From positions 1,088,001 to 1,152,000 of the forward strand of contig OZ241855.1 in NCBI GenBank assembly GCA_965202785.1: a stretch of DNA of 64,000 bases, written 5' to 3'. Origin of the DNA: Thermodesulfobacteriota bacterium. GTDB taxonomy: Bacteria > Desulfobacterota_D > UBA1144 > Nemesobacterales > Nemesobacteraceae. How positions within the stretch are numbered: the stretch's first letter is position 1; each line of letters begins with the position of its first letter. Both the position numbers and the translations under genes were made by a program. The notes under the pieces were generated by a model. It had not been told where the DNA came from. It was given only the letters and a program-made list of their open reading frames with translations, and searched no databases. Below are positions 8,607 to 19,312 of this stretch, piece by piece.

Positions 8607-9731
8607 TCAGGTTATTAACTTGGAATTTGAATATTCCTGCGGAAAAACTATTTTTTTCTCCCCGCCCTGCCACTGGGTTACCAGCATGCGGTGTCCTATC
8701 TGGCGCAGGGTCTTGGGGTCGACGCGGAAATCTCCGTAAAAAGTCATGAACCGGGAGCGCAGGGCTTGGCGCAGAAGCGCCTGTTCGTCCGTTTTGCCTG
8801 TTTTCTCGATGAGTTTCTGAATTATTAGTCCCATGTTGTAGGACTGTGCGGCGGTGTAGTCGGGCGTGTATCCGTAGGCGCGGGCGAACCTGTCTGAAAA
8901 CTCCTCGGGACTCGGGCCGAAATCCGGGGATAAAGAAAGCGTCGGTTCCCACTGGCTTGTCGAGACAAAACCGTCTGCCTCCTGCCCGAGACGTTTTTCA
9001 AACTCGTTTACCGCCGCCGCAAGCGTCGCCACTACCCCGAAGTCAAAGCCTGAGTTCCTTCTTATCCACTTGGCGAGATTTATGTCGTCTTCCATGCCCC
9101 CGCAGCAGAGAACGCAGGAAGCGCCACGGCTTTTTGCGCGGGAGAGTACAGCGGAGAAATCTTCTTTGCCGGAAGGAAAATCATAAACGGCTGCCGAAAT
9201 ACCTAGTGTCTCCGCGCGAAGCAGGGCCCCTTCGCACACAGTTTGGGAGAACCTGCTTCCCTCGAGGCGCAGAACGGAGATCTCCACAGCCTCGGCATAA
9301 CAGCCGTGGATCATATCCACAACCGCCTGGAAGTAAGAAGACGCCCCGGTTATTGCGCTTACCGTTTTGCCTCGGGCGCGAGAAGGAATGTCGTCAAGCG
9401 AACCGCCGTAATTCCACACTACTCTTTGGGCTTTCGCCGCGGTCTCAACGCACGCGAGCGTGAGGCTGCTTGAATACGGCCCCAGCAGTATGTCTGCCCT
9501 GTCTTTTTCTATAAGGCGGAGGGTGTTCTCCTTTGTTTTTTCAGGGATACTCTCGTCATCGTAGAAAACGAGTTCCGGAACCAGGGATTTTCCATCCCGC
9601 GTCTCTATTCCGCCTCTAGCGCGCAGTTCCTCGATAAAAAGTTTTATTCCCCGGAGGCTTTCCCTGCCCTGGATTGCGTGGCGTCCTGAGAGCGTTGCGG
9701 GAAGGCCGATTTTAAAGGGAATCACGTGCAT
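8607..9731 (-). CDS. Branched-chain amino acid ABC-type (LivJ-like) substrate-binding protein
   Basis: KIG...LSG, YDDES.P, LGPYSS, YG..PDYTAAQSY, TFYGDF, QWQGG motifs. Confidence 0.85.
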   Translation of the reverse strand: MHVIPFKIGLPATLSGRHAIQGRESLRGIKLFIEELRARGGIETRDGKSLVPELVFYDDESIPEKTKENTLRLIEKDRADILLGPYSSSLTLACVETAAKAQRVVWNYGGSLDDIPSRARGKTVSAITGASSYFQAVVDMIHGCYAEAVEISVLRLEGSRFSQTVCEGALLRAETLGISAAVYDFPSGKEDFSAVLSRAKSRGASCVLCCGGMEDDINLAKWIRRNSGFDFGVVATLAAAVNEFEKRLGQEADGFVSTSQWEPTLSLSPDFGPSPEEFSDRFARAYGYTPDYTAAQSYNMGLIIQKLIEKTGKTDEQALLRQALRSRFMTFYGDFRVDPKTLRQIGHRMLVTQWQGGEKKIVFPQEYSNSKLIT

Positions 9732-9836
9732 TTTCTTTTGCTGCGTTACTCAGGATGCTGCGTTCCATGCCCAACTGCTGCCGCAGGAACAGAAGTTTCG
9801 TGGACTGCTGGTTAAGTCGCCGGGATATCGCGGGCG

Positions 9837-10295
9837 TCATGCTTTGAACAATGCCGCTAAACGAACCGCGGCACCCTCGGAGAACGGGTTGATGAACTCG
9901 ACGCCTCCCAGTCGTCGGCCGTCCTGCATGTCTTCGCTGAGAATCGCGGAACATCCGTTCCGCCGCGCCGCTGCCCAGAGCATCGCGTCCCAGAACGAGA
10001 GCAAGTGTTCATTTACCGCTTCCATGGCGTCGACAAGGGCCGCGTTGTCCGCGCGGATGACTTGGAACACATCCAGCCAATCGAGTACGAAAGCACTCGC
10101 GCGAGACGATTCAAGCAGTTTTTTGCGTGTCGTCACGTGAAAAAACTCGGCCAGCGCCTGAACCGTAAGCAAACAGTCAAGCCGGGCTACGCGTCCGATG
10201 AGTTCCTTTGACCGTTCATGAAGTTCTCCGGCATCGCGGTCAACCGCGTAGACTAAAATGTTGGTATCAACCGAGAAGCGTCCTTTAACGATCAT
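9837..10295 (-). CDS. vapC: PIN-domain toxin (VapC)
   Basis: VDTNILVYA, QALAEF, SFWDAML, SEDMQDG, INPF. Confidence 0.92.
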   Translation of the reverse strand: MIVKGRFSVDTNILVYAVDRDAGELHERSKELIGRVARLDCLLTVQALAEFFHVTTRKKLLESSRASAFVLDWLDVFQVIRADNAALVDAMEAVNEHLLSFWDAMLWAAARRNGCSAILSEDMQDGRRLGGVEFINPFSEGAAVRLAALFKA

Positions 10296-10530
10296 AGATG
10301 TCTTCCCGCTTTACCTTGAGACCGCCGAGAGAAGCGCCTTCGTCCAATCGTGCCATCATCCTCCGGTAAGCTGATGTCCAGACGGCATCGGCCGCTTTGT
10401 CGGCGGTGTGGGGTACAAGCCTGGCGACCGGGCGACCGCGTCGGGTGATCAGAAAATCCTCTCCGCGCTCAACTTCCTTTACCAGTCTTGAGAACTCCTG
10501 ATTAGCCGTTTTCAGGGAAACGGTGCGCAT
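10285..10530 (-). CDS. Phd/YefM-family antitoxin
   Basis: FSRLVKEVERGEDFLITRRGRPVARLVP; overlaps the PIN gene. Confidence 0.92.
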   Translation of the reverse strand: MRTVSLKTANQEFSRLVKEVERGEDFLITRRGRPVARLVPHTADKAADAVWTSAYRRMMARLDEGASLGGLKVKREDIYDR

Positions 10531-10546
10531 TGAATTCCTCCAAATT

Positions 10547-10562
10547 TGTAGTATATACTACA
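10547..10562. promoter_or_regulatory. Perfect palindrome, likely TA autoregulatory operator
   Basis: TGTAGTATATACTACA, 16 bp upstream of the antitoxin start. Confidence 0.7.
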
Positions 10563-10819
10563 TTCTAACGGACATCAATTTTCTCGTCAAACAACGAAAA
10601 GGGTAGATGCAGGAGTAAGAATATCCGGGTTTTTACCCGCTGGAAGCATTATTGCCGTGTCATCTCTTCGGGTGCTGATCAAACGGTGGACAAGGGATAA
10701 AACGGTGGTATATGGCAAGCTGTGCTTTTGTCCGGCGAGGGCCGGCATGGCATAACCTTATAAAAGCGGGGGGAACAATATGGACATTGCCCGTTGTTGT
10801 CGTTTGCGGGGGGTGGAGG

Positions 10820-12013
10820 TCAGAGCAGGGTTTTTACCGCCTCTTCGATTCTGTTTAAGCCTTCTTCTATGTTCTCCATGGATGTCGCGTAGGATATCCT
10901 TAGGTAGTTTTCTTTTCCGAAGGCTATGCCGGGAACGACGGCCACTTTCGCTTTTTCGAGCAGGAATTCGGTAAACGAAACTGATCCGTCGATCTTCTTG
11001 TCTCCGTATGCTTTCCCCACAAAACCGCTTATGCTCGGGAACACGTAGAACGCTCCCATGGGGTCAAAACACGTAAATCCCGGGATTTCATTAAGCCTCT
11101 TTACTATAAAATTCTTTCTTCTCTCAAATTCCCTTGCCCTTTTACCGAGCAGTTCCTGCGGTCCTTTAAGCGCCTCAAGGGCTGCCATCTGCGAGATTGA
11201 TGAGGGGTTTGAAGTTGACTGGCCTTGTAGCTTCGCCATCGCGCTTATCACTCTTTTGTCTCCGGCGGCGTATCCTATGCGCCACCCGGTCATCGAGTAG
11301 GATTTGGATACTCCGTTTACGAGTATAGTGGATTTCTTAGCCTTGTCGCTTAGAGAGCAGACAGATACGTGTTCAGTATCTGCGTAGATTATTTTTTCGT
11401 ATATTTCATCTGAAATTATGATCAGGTCGGCGTCCAGGGCGACTTTTACTATCTCCTCAAGCTCTCCGCGCGGATAAGTGGTCCCCGTTGGATTCGAAGG
11501 ATAGTTAAGAATAAGGGCCCGCGTCCTTTCGTTTATCTCCGCCTGAAGCTGCTCCGGGGTGATTTTGAAAAGCCCTTGTTCGTCTGTGTCCATAATCACC
11601 GGAGTCGCGCCCGTAAGCGCCACCTGGTCGGGATAGGAAACCCAGTAGGGGGCTGGAATTATGACCTCGTCTCCAGGTTCGAAAAGTGCCTGGGTGATGT
11701 TGTATATCGAGTGTTTTGCCCCGCAGGAAACCAGTATTTCGTCCCTTGAGTACTCAAGGCCGTGATCTTTTTTCAAAGACTCCGCTATCGCGTCTTTGAG
11801 CTCGTCGATTCCACCCACGGCGGTGTATTTAGTAAAACCGCTTTTAATCGCGGCCACGCCTTCTTTTTTCACGTTCTCCGGGGTATCGAAATCGGGTTCC
11901 CCCGCTCCGAACCCTATGATGTCGACCCCCTGGGCGCGAAGCGACTTGGCTTTTGCCGTTATGGTCAGGGTCGCCGATGGCTTAAGATTGGTTACTCTTT
12001 CTGTAAGTCTCAC
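10820..12013 (-). CDS. aspC: Aspartate aminotransferase (class I PLP)
   Basis: GEPDFDTP, PSNPTG, DEIY, SKSYSMTGWRIGY. Confidence 0.93.
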   Translation of the reverse strand: MRLTERVTNLKPSATLTITAKAKSLRAQGVDIIGFGAGEPDFDTPENVKKEGVAAIKSGFTKYTAVGGIDELKDAIAESLKKDHGLEYSRDEILVSCGAKHSIYNITQALFEPGDEVIIPAPYWVSYPDQVALTGATPVIMDTDEQGLFKITPEQLQAEINERTRALILNYPSNPTGTTYPRGELEEIVKVALDADLIIISDEIYEKIIYADTEHVSVCSLSDKAKKSTILVNGVSKSYSMTGWRIGYAAGDKRVISAMAKLQGQSTSNPSSISQMAALEALKGPQELLGKRAREFERRKNFIVKRLNEIPGFTCFDPMGAFYVFPSISGFVGKAYGDKKIDGSVSFTEFLLEKAKVAVVPGIAFGKENYLRISYATSMENIEEGLNRIEEAVKTLL

Positions 12014-12014
12014 T

Positions 12015-12521
12015 TTATTTCTTCCTCCGCTTTTTTGCCGGGCGGAGTTTCTCGATCAGTTTTTCCTCAACCGCAGCCGGCACGAAACCCTTTGCGGAAC
12101 CTCCCAGGGAAATGATTTCCTTTATAAGAGATGAGCTTATGTGAGAGAACTGGCTTTCGGTCACCATAAACAGCGTTTCCACCTCTTCGTTCATAAGCTT
12201 GTTCGCTGTGGCCATCTGAAGTTCGTATTCAAAGTCCGAGTGGCATCTCATTCCGCGCAGTATGGTGTTTGTCTCTTTTTCTCTTATATAGTCGGCCAGC
12301 AGTCCCTCGAAGCTTTCAACCTCGACATTGGGGAAATCCTTGGTCACCTCGGCAATGAGAGACACTCTTTCTTCGGTCGAGAGCGTTGTTTTCTTTGAAG
12401 TATTGTGTCCGACCGAGATTATGATTTTCTCGAATATCCCCGCGGCCCGGGCGATTATGTTAAGGTGCCCGTTTGTGAAAGGGTCAAAGGAACCCGGGTA
12501 AATTACCGTCTTGCCGTTCAA
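12015..12521 (-). CDS. coaD: Phosphopantetheine adenylyltransferase
   Basis: YPGSFDPFTNGH, DFEYE, ISSSLIKE. Confidence 0.97.
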   Translation of the reverse strand: MNGKTVIYPGSFDPFTNGHLNIIARAAGIFEKIIISVGHNTSKKTTLSTEERVSLIAEVTKDFPNVEVESFEGLLADYIREKETNTILRGMRCHSDFEYELQMATANKLMNEEVETLFMVTESQFSHISSSLIKEIISLGGSAKGFVPAAVEEKLIEKLRPAKKRRKK

Positions 12522-13066
12522 TCTAGCCTCCTTAGAAAACTTACGGATGTGCCTCCGTATTTTCTGGTTCTCACGTCAAGTCCTTCAGAATTAATAACGT
12601 TTCCAGATGGATGTTCAATAACCATCACTCCTTTCTCTCCAGTGACGCTTCGTATATCGCGGGCAAGCTCATGAGGCCCCGTCTTTTCGTAAAGCTCATA
12701 CGGGGGATCGACGAAAACAAGATCAAACCCGCAATTTTCCGCACTTAACATACTCAATGCTTTTCTGAAATCAAAATTGAGTATCTTTGATTGTTCAGTG
12801 TATCCCAAGGAACGCAGATTCTGGGCGATTATTCCCGCCGTGGCGGGGTTTTTCTCAACGAAGACACAAAATGCGGCTCCCAGACTCAGAGCCTCGATTC
12901 CCAGATTCCCCGAGCCTGAGAAAAGATCAAGCACCCTTGTTCCCGCCACTTCGGGACCCAGTATGTCGAAAATGGATTTTTTTATTTTGGATGTCGTGGG
13001 TCTAAGCGATTTTCCCCTTGGGACCTTCAGTCTTTTTCCCTTGGATTGTCCTGTAAGTACGCGCAT
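12518..13066 (-). CDS. rsmD: 16S rRNA m2G966 methyltransferase
   Basis: LRPT, LDLFSGSG..GIEALS.GA, DPPY; adjacent to coaD. Confidence 0.93.
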   Translation of the reverse strand: MRVLTGQSKGKRLKVPRGKSLRPTTSKIKKSIFDILGPEVAGTRVLDLFSGSGNLGIEALSLGAAFCVFVEKNPATAGIIAQNLRSLGYTEQSKILNFDFRKALSMLSAENCGFDLVFVDPPYELYEKTGPHELARDIRSVTGEKGVMVIEHPSGNVINSEGLDVRTRKYGGTSVSFLRRLD

Positions 13067-13426
13067 GTTGATTATGCCGATTTTCTCGATCAAGCCGGAC
13101 TTGCTCCAGACCCGTAATCAAATTGCAGTATTTATGCATTTTAATTAGCTTCTTGCTTTTTCCCCCTGATTATATCACGAATTACGTCTGTTGAAGTTGA
13201 TAGGCTGATGCGTCTTTACTTAAAACGTTTCAGAACCTTGATGCTCTACTTAAAATTCGGGGTCACTGATCGATCGAACTTGATCGCCGTTTTTTGAAAA
13301 ATGGTATGGGCTGACAGGTAAGGGTTGCTCCTTTGTGAATTTACTCGTTCTCCAAGGCCATGCACGTGCGCATAGGGATCCCTCTATATTTTGTCTCAAG
13401 AACTGTTAACGAGTAGAAACCGGTAT

Positions 13427-14575
13427 TCATTTCTTCCTTTCTAGCCAATTGAGTATTATCTCCTGATGACCGATAATGGGGCTTTCTCCGACAGACGCCG
13501 GGCCAACTTCAAAATAAGGGCTCTGGAGTGATTTCTGCTGCTGCTCGCATGCGTAAACATCTTCAGCGACGAAATCGCCACTGGTCATAGGGTCGTCTTT
13601 GTTCTCTGGATCAGGTTTGTATTTGCCACCAAAACTGCTGGACCAAAACGAGCTGGATCGTAGTGCCTGCTTCCCAAATTCCCAGATCGAAGCACTTGCG
13701 ACCCGAACTCGATTTTCAACCCTAGTAAGGTCCGGAGCGAGCGGCTTTACGATGAATGTTGTCCAAGTACTTTCTGTTTCTGCTAACCCGATGCCGGGAA
13801 ACAACATTGGAACCCACGCACCCGCCTGTTCGCTGGGTATAACTAGCGGGTAAGGTGCGTTAGCCTTAATATCCGTGCCATATCGCTCGGAAAGAGGCTC
13901 CCAGAAGGCGTAGTGAGGACCGACAAACCCGTACTTTGCTTTGGCGTGGTCATACATGCTAAGGGTTCCGGAGTGCAGGTGTGACAGGTGATACACGTCG
14001 ATGTAGTTCTCAACCACAATCTTCCAGTTCGCTTTGATTTCATAGCTGGTGCGCGCATCTTTATACTCAGGAAGTTCTTCTACGGCATGTGGCCCGAGTT
14101 TAGGTTCAAGATCGCCAACCCACTCCGTAATAGATCCGGCATCCGGGTCCGGATGGATAAATATCATGCCTCGCCAGACATCGACGGCAGCTGGCTTAAG
14201 TCCTAGGCATGACTTGTCTATTCCTTCGAATTCCCGTTTTTCATCGGGCACCGAAATAAGGTTGCCATCTAGATCATATGTCCAGTCATGGTACGGACAA
14301 GTCAATACTTTTTTGGTTTTACCGACTGCTCTAATCAGTTGCGTTCCGCGGTGACGACAAATATTATGAAACGCGCGCAGGCGCCGGTCGTGCCCCATTA
14401 CGATAAAAATATTGTTAAGACCGGCTTGCACGGAGATATAATTGCCAGGCTCCGCAACATCCTCAATAAAGCCGGCATATCGCCATGTTTTGGAGAATAT
14501 CTCTTTCTGTTCTCGATCAAACCAGACCTGACTCGTATATGCGGATACAGGTAGCTTGTGCATCATTCTGGTCAT
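13427..14575 (-). CDS. Rieske non-heme iron oxygenase alpha subunit (choline monooxygenase/GbcA/CntA-like)
   Basis: Rieske CRH...CPYH; NWK...EN..D.YH...LH; C-terminal ED..ACE..Q. Confidence 0.9.
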   Translation of the reverse strand: MTRMMHKLPVSAYTSQVWFDREQKEIFSKTWRYAGFIEDVAEPGNYISVQAGLNNIFIVMGHDRRLRAFHNICRHRGTQLIRAVGKTKKVLTCPYHDWTYDLDGNLISVPDEKREFEGIDKSCLGLKPAAVDVWRGMIFIHPDPDAGSITEWVGDLEPKLGPHAVEELPEYKDARTSYEIKANWKIVVENYIDVYHLSHLHSGTLSMYDHAKAKYGFVGPHYAFWEPLSERYGTDIKANAPYPLVIPSEQAGAWVPMLFPGIGLAETESTWTTFIVKPLAPDLTRVENRVRVASASIWEFGKQALRSSSFWSSSFGGKYKPDPENKDDPMTSGDFVAEDVYACEQQQKSLQSPYFEVGPASVGESPIIGHQEIILNWLERKK

Positions 14576-14594
14576 ATCTGTCCCTCATTTGAAG

Positions 14595-14834
14595 CTAGGA
14601 AAAATCCTCGGCAATCATTATTAGACCTAAAGTCACCCAAGCGATTTGAATGATCCAAAAGAGAAAAGGGTCGGTCTTGCGAGTAACGTAGGTTAGCAGC
14701 AAAGTATTTCCTGAACGGAAACTAGAAATCGTCCAGAACAGGAACAACATTCCCCAGAACAATTGATATCCCAAAGCGGTGGATATCATCAGGATTGCAA
14801 AGGTTACATAGTTTAAGGTGCGTGAATTATTCAT
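14595..14834 (-). CDS. Small membrane protein
   Basis: 79 aa with hydrophobic helices; overlaps the TetR stop. Confidence 0.7.
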   Translation of the reverse strand: MNNSRTLNYVTFAILMISTALGYQLFWGMLFLFWTISSFRSGNTLLLTYVTRKTDPFLFWIIQIAWVTLGLIMIAEDFS

Positions 14835-15429
14835 ATTTCGTTGTTTCCTTTAACGAATTAACAAGCTTCTCCATTGCAAAGCGTGAACGCTGATAGAAGT
14901 TTTTTGAAAAGGACAATGATTCAAGTGACGCTACATTGAAGTAGATAGATACTAACCCGTTTGAAACGGCTTCAATGCTTTTTTTGTCATTTTCGGGATA
15001 TTCGGTCTTGATGAGCTGGCAGAGCGCATGCTCAAATCTTTCAATTGATGATCTAATCCTTTCAGCCAGCTTAGGGTCGTTGGTGCATTTCATCGTTAGC
15101 GCTGCAAAAGCAAGAATAAGTTCTGGGTCGGAATCTTCATGAGGCGTCGTCATAAACTTAATCAATGTTTTTAAGTCACCCTTCTCGGGTAAAGATGTAA
15201 GTAATTGCGAAGTCGCTTCGTCAAACTCACTCAACACATGAGACGTTAACATCTCACTCATCTCAGCCTTGTTGCCGAGGTGATGCCGAATAAGCGATCG
15301 AGAAAGCCCGGCTGTTTTCGCGATAATTTCCAGTGTTGTCCCGTCGAGACCGTACTTAGCGATAGCCGAAACGTAGGCCTTCATCACTTCTGACTGTCGT
15401 TGATCTTTGTTAGACGGTCGTCCGGCCAT
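14827..15429 (-). CDS. TetR-family regulator (BetI-like)
   Basis: MAGRPS...GLDGTTLEIIAKTAGLSRSLIRHHLGNK HTH. Confidence 0.9.
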   Translation of the reverse strand: MAGRPSNKDQRQSEVMKAYVSAIAKYGLDGTTLEIIAKTAGLSRSLIRHHLGNKAEMSEMLTSHVLSEFDEATSQLLTSLPEKGDLKTLIKFMTTPHEDSDPELILAFAALTMKCTNDPKLAERIRSSIERFEHALCQLIKTEYPENDKKSIEAVSNGLVSIYFNVASLESLSFSKNFYQRSRFAMEKLVNSLKETTKYE

Positions 15430-15467
15430 GATTCCTCTGGTTATTGCTCGGGGGGTACAATACATAA

Positions 15468-15505
15468 GCCTGAATATATTGTCAATTATGACAATATATT
15501 CAGGC
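15468..15505. promoter_or_regulatory. Perfect inverted repeat with 17-bp arms, likely TetR operator
   Basis: GCCTGAATATATTGTCA-atta-TGACAATATATTCAGGC, 38 bp upstream of the TetR start. Confidence 0.75.
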
Positions 15506-15762
15506 CATCTGCCAAAATGTTTGAGCGGGTGGTCGTGCACTGAGCCTCGAAATCTATTCATCGATGTATTTAAGCTCTGTCACATATTGTCGATACGGCA
15601 ATTCAATTACGTCTTTTCACGACTTTCTCTATAACCTGAGCAATTTACCGATAAAGTCCGCGTTTTGTTCTGGAAGACATGGATTTATTCATGTAAAATA
15701 CTGATCTAACCGGTTTATCCTGCAAGTATTCTTTTTCTTTCCTCCGGAGGGTTTTTTCAGGA

Positions 15763-18195
15763 ATGGACACTTCATCCAGAGTGCAGACTGTAAACATTGA
15801 AGATGAGATGAAGGAGTCCTATCTCAGCTACTCAATGAGCGTGATAGTCGGAAGGGCTCTTCCCGACGTACGCGACGGACTCAAGCCCGTTCACAGGAGA
15901 ATTCTCTACGGGATGAACGAGGTCGGAAACGTTTGGAATCGACCCTACAAGAAATCCGCCAGAGTGGTTGGGGACGTCATGGGTAAATACCATCCTCACG
16001 GGGACTCTGCGATCTACGACTCCCTTGTCCGGATGGCCCAGGATTTCTCGATGAGGATTCCGCTTGTCGACGGACAGGGCAACTTCGGTTCCGTTGACGG
16101 GGACAGTCCGGCGGCCATGCGCTACACGGAAGTAAGGCTCTCTAGGATCTCTTCAGAGATGCTTGAGGATCTGGATAAGGAAACAGTCGAGTTTTATCCC
16201 AACTACGACGGGGGAGAACTTGAGCCAAGCGTACTGCCGACCAAGGTGCCCAACCTGCTTCTAAACGGTTCTTCGGGAATCGCGGTGGGCATGGCGACCA
16301 ATATTCCTCCTCATAACTTGGGGGAGCTTCTTGACGCCGTGGTGGCCCAGATACGCGACCCCCAAATCACCGTGGACAGGCTTATTGAAATCATGCCGGG
16401 ACCGGATTTTCCCACGGGGGGATTCGTAAGCGGCAGGGACGACATCCGCACCGCCTACGCCACCGGCCGCGGAATAGTCAGGATGAGGGCCAGGGTTCGC
16501 ATAGAGAAGCAGAAAAAAGGGGACAGGGATGTGATAATCGTCACTGAGCTTCCCTACCAGGTTAACAAGGCGCGGCTGGCCCAGAAAATCGCCGAACTTG
16601 TGAGGGAGGAAAAGATAAAGGGCATTTCCGACATAAGGGATGAATCCGACAGGGAGGGAATAAGGCTTGTTATCGACGTGAAAAGCGGAGAACACGCCCA
16701 GGTGGTTTTAAACCAGCTCTACAAGCATACTCAGATGTACACTTCTTTCGGCATCATAATGCTCGCGCTTGTGAGAAACCAGCCAAAGGTTCTTAGCCTA
16801 AAGGAACTCCTTGCCCACTTCGTAGAGCACAGAAAGGAAGTTATTACCCGCAGAACCCAGTACGAGCTTAGAAAGGCCGAAGAGCGCCTCCATATCCTTG
16901 AAGGGTTCAAGATCGCTCTTGATAACCTCGATGAGATCGTGGAACTCATAAAGGGTTCCGAGAGCCCCGCGGCCGCGAAAGCTGGTCTTGTGCGGACGTT
17001 TGCGCTTTCTGAGCGCCAGGCCCAAGCCATTCTGGAGATGCGTCTTCAGAGACTCACGGCGCTTGAGAGGGACAAGATACTTGAAGAAAGACGAGAGCTT
17101 ATAGCAACCGTGGCGAAGCTTAAGGAGATACTGGGGAGCGAGAAGCTAATACTCGATCTTGCGGTGGAGGAACTCACCGAGCTTAGAGAGAAATTCGGGG
17201 ATGAGAGAAGAACTGAAATTGTCGAGGATGTGGGAGAGATATCTATCGAGGACCTTATAACTGACGAGGAGATGGTGGTTACCACCACCTACGGGGGTTA
17301 CATAAAGAGCATCCCGCTTAGCGTTTACAGGAACCAGAGAAGGGGAGGCAGGGGAAGAACCGGAATGAGCACAAGGGATACCGATTTCGTTAACGACCTG
17401 TTCACGGCGTCAAGACACAACAGCATTCTGTTTTTCTCAAGCTTCGGAAGATGCTACTGGCTTAAGGTTTATCAGGTGCCGGAGTCTTCCCCGGCGGCGC
17501 GCGGAAGAGCCATGGTGAACCTGCTCAACCTTGACAAGGGGGAGAAGGTGGCGGCCGTGCTGCCCGTAAAGGACTTCTCGGACGATGTCTCCATAGTCAT
17601 GGCTACTCGAAACGGAATCGTCAAGAAAACGAAGCTCAAGGCGTATTCAAATCCCCGCGTGGGGGGAATAATCGCCCTTAACATACTCAAGGGAGATGAG
17701 CTTGTGGGGGCAGAGCTTGCGTCTGAAGAAGACGAGGTACTTCTCACGTCAAGGGGCGGGCAGGCGATCAGGTTCAAGGGCACTGACGTAAGGAACATGG
17801 GCAGGGTCTCGACTGGAGTCAAGGGCATAAATCTCAGAAAAGGTGACGAGGTAGTGAGCCTTGAGGTCATAAAGAACCAGAATGCGCAGATACTTACCAT
17901 AACGGAAATGGGCTACGGCAAGCGCACCAGCATCTCCGAGTACAGACTTACGAGGAGAGGAGGAGTGGGGGTAAAGACCGTCAATATAACCGAGAAAAAC
18001 GGAGATGTAGTCGGAGCGTTTCAGGTGGATGACGACACGGAAATCATGATTATAAGCGACCAGGCGGGGAAACTTATAAGAACGAGCGTTTCCGAGATAC
18101 GCAACACGGGGCGGGCCGCCGTTGGGGTAAAAGTCATAAACCTTGAGCCTGACGAACTCGTGGCCGCGGTCGCAAAGGTCGCGGAGGGGGACTGA
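15763..18195 (+). CDS. gyrA: DNA gyrase subunit A
   Basis: [22 protein letters not shown], GyrA box QRRGGRG. Confidence 0.99.
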   Translation: MDTSSRVQTVNIEDEMKESYLSYSMSVIVGRALPDVRDGLKPVHRRILYGMNEVGNVWNRPYKKSARVVGDVMGKYHPHGDSAIYDSLVRMAQDFSMRIPLVDGQGNFGSVDGDSPAAMRYTEVRLSRISSEMLEDLDKETVEFYPNYDGGELEPSVLPTKVPNLLLNGSSGIAVGMATNIPPHNLGELLDAVVAQIRDPQITVDRLIEIMPGPDFPTGGFVSGRDDIRTAYATGRGIVRMRARVRIEKQKKGDRDVIIVTELPYQVNKARLAQKIAELVREEKIKGISDIRDESDREGIRLVIDVKSGEHAQVVLNQLYKHTQMYTSFGIIMLALVRNQPKVLSLKELLAHFVEHRKEVITRRTQYELRKAEERLHILEGFKIALDNLDEIVELIKGSESPAAAKAGLVRTFALSERQAQAILEMRLQRLTALERDKILEERRELIATVAKLKEILGSEKLILDLAVEELTELREKFGDERRTEIVEDVGEISIEDLITDEEMVVTTTYGGYIKSIPLSVYRNQRRGGRGRTGMSTRDTDFVNDLFTASRHNSILFFSSFGRCYWLKVYQVPESSPAARGRAMVNLLNLDKGEKVAAVLPVKDFSDDVSIVMATRNGIVKKTKLKAYSNPRVGGIIALNILKGDELVGAELASEEDEVLLTSRGGQAIRFKGTDVRNMGRVSTGVKGINLRKGDEVVSLEVIKNQNAQILTITEMGYGKRTSISEYRLTRRGGVGVKTVNITEKNGDVVGAFQVDDDTEIMIISDQAGKLIRTSVSEIRNTGRAAVGVKVINLEPDELVAAVAKVAEGD

Positions 18196-18689
18196 TGATA
18201 AAGGAAGTCGAAAATGTGTTCTCCGGTTTTCCGGGTTATAACTGCTTTGCCTGCGCTCCGCACAACGAGTACGGTCTCCGCCTTAAGTTTTTTCATGATC
18301 AGGAAACCGGCGAGGTGTTCACTACCGTCTCTGCCGAAGAGCACTTCTGCGGCTGGCCGGGGATAGTGCACGGGGGAGTGCAGTGCGCCCTTGTCGACGA
18401 GGTTTCTTTCTGGGCAATGTTCAATGAAACCCGTAAGATTGCCCTTACGGCGAGAATAGACATGGTTTATATGAAGAAGGTCCCAAGCGGCACAACGCTT
18501 GACGTGAGAGCCAAGATAAGGGAAATAAGAGGAAGGTGGATCGAGGTCGATTCGGTCATAAAGGATGAGGACGGAACCGAACTGGCAAGCGCCACAGTGA
18601 CCTACGTCTCTCCCCGAAAGGAAGTTCTGCGTGAGATATTCGGCCTCGAGTGCCTGAGCGAAGAATTCCTGCAATACGTGATGGATTAA
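18195..18689 (+). CDS. PaaI-family thioesterase
   Basis: CFAC..N..GL.L.F, GWPGIVHGG..ALVDE. Confidence 0.88.
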   Translation: MIKEVENVFSGFPGYNCFACAPHNEYGLRLKFFHDQETGEVFTTVSAEEHFCGWPGIVHGGVQCALVDEVSFWAMFNETRKIALTARIDMVYMKKVPSGTTLDVRAKIREIRGRWIEVDSVIKDEDGTELASATVTYVSPRKEVLREIFGLECLSEEFLQYVMD

Positions 18690-18691
18690 AG

Positions 18692-19297
18692 ATGATAAAA
18701 CTGTATGAACATCCGCTTTCTGGAAACGCTTACAAGGCGAAGCTTCTCCTGCACCAGCTCTCAGTCGAATATGAGGGAGTAACGGTGGACATATTCGCGG
18801 GAGAACATAAGAAGGAGGAATTCTCCGCGCTTAATCCTAACTGCAAGATCCCGGTTCTTGCGGACGGGAATTTCGTCATGTGGGAATCAAACGCGATACT
18901 TTTCTATCTGGCAAAAAAGTTCTCTCCGAACCCCTACCTGTCAGACGATCCGGAGACCTACGGTCGGATTGCGCAGTGGACTTTTTTCGGAAAGACAACT
19001 ATAGATCCAAACTTGGCGCTCGCGAGGTACTTCGCGAAGTTTCTGCCCCCAGACCAGGTGCCGCCGGGGACGATGGAAAAGCTTCACGCGCAGGGAAACG
19101 TAGCGCTCTCAATTCTTGAAGACCACCTTTCCCGAACCGAGTTTCTCTGCGGGAGCTACTCAATAGCCGACATCGCGTGCTATCCCTACACGATGCTTTG
19201 CGGCGAAGGAGGGTTTGACCTCGAGATTTATCCGTCGGTCAGAAGATGGTGCAAGAGCGTCGAGGAAACTCCGAACTTCATTGCTTTTGCCGGTTAG
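18692..19297 (+). CDS. Glutathione S-transferase
   Basis: SGNAYK, NPNCKIPVL, WESNAILFYLA, SIADIA. Confidence 0.92.
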   Translation: MIKLYEHPLSGNAYKAKLLLHQLSVEYEGVTVDIFAGEHKKEEFSALNPNCKIPVLADGNFVMWESNAILFYLAKKFSPNPYLSDDPETYGRIAQWTFFGKTTIDPNLALARYFAKFLPPDQVPPGTMEKLHAQGNVALSILEDHLSRTEFLCGSYSIADIACYPYTMLCGEGGFDLEIYPSVRRWCKSVEETPNFIAFAG

Positions 19298-19312
19298 TGC
19301 CGGGCGTATTTT

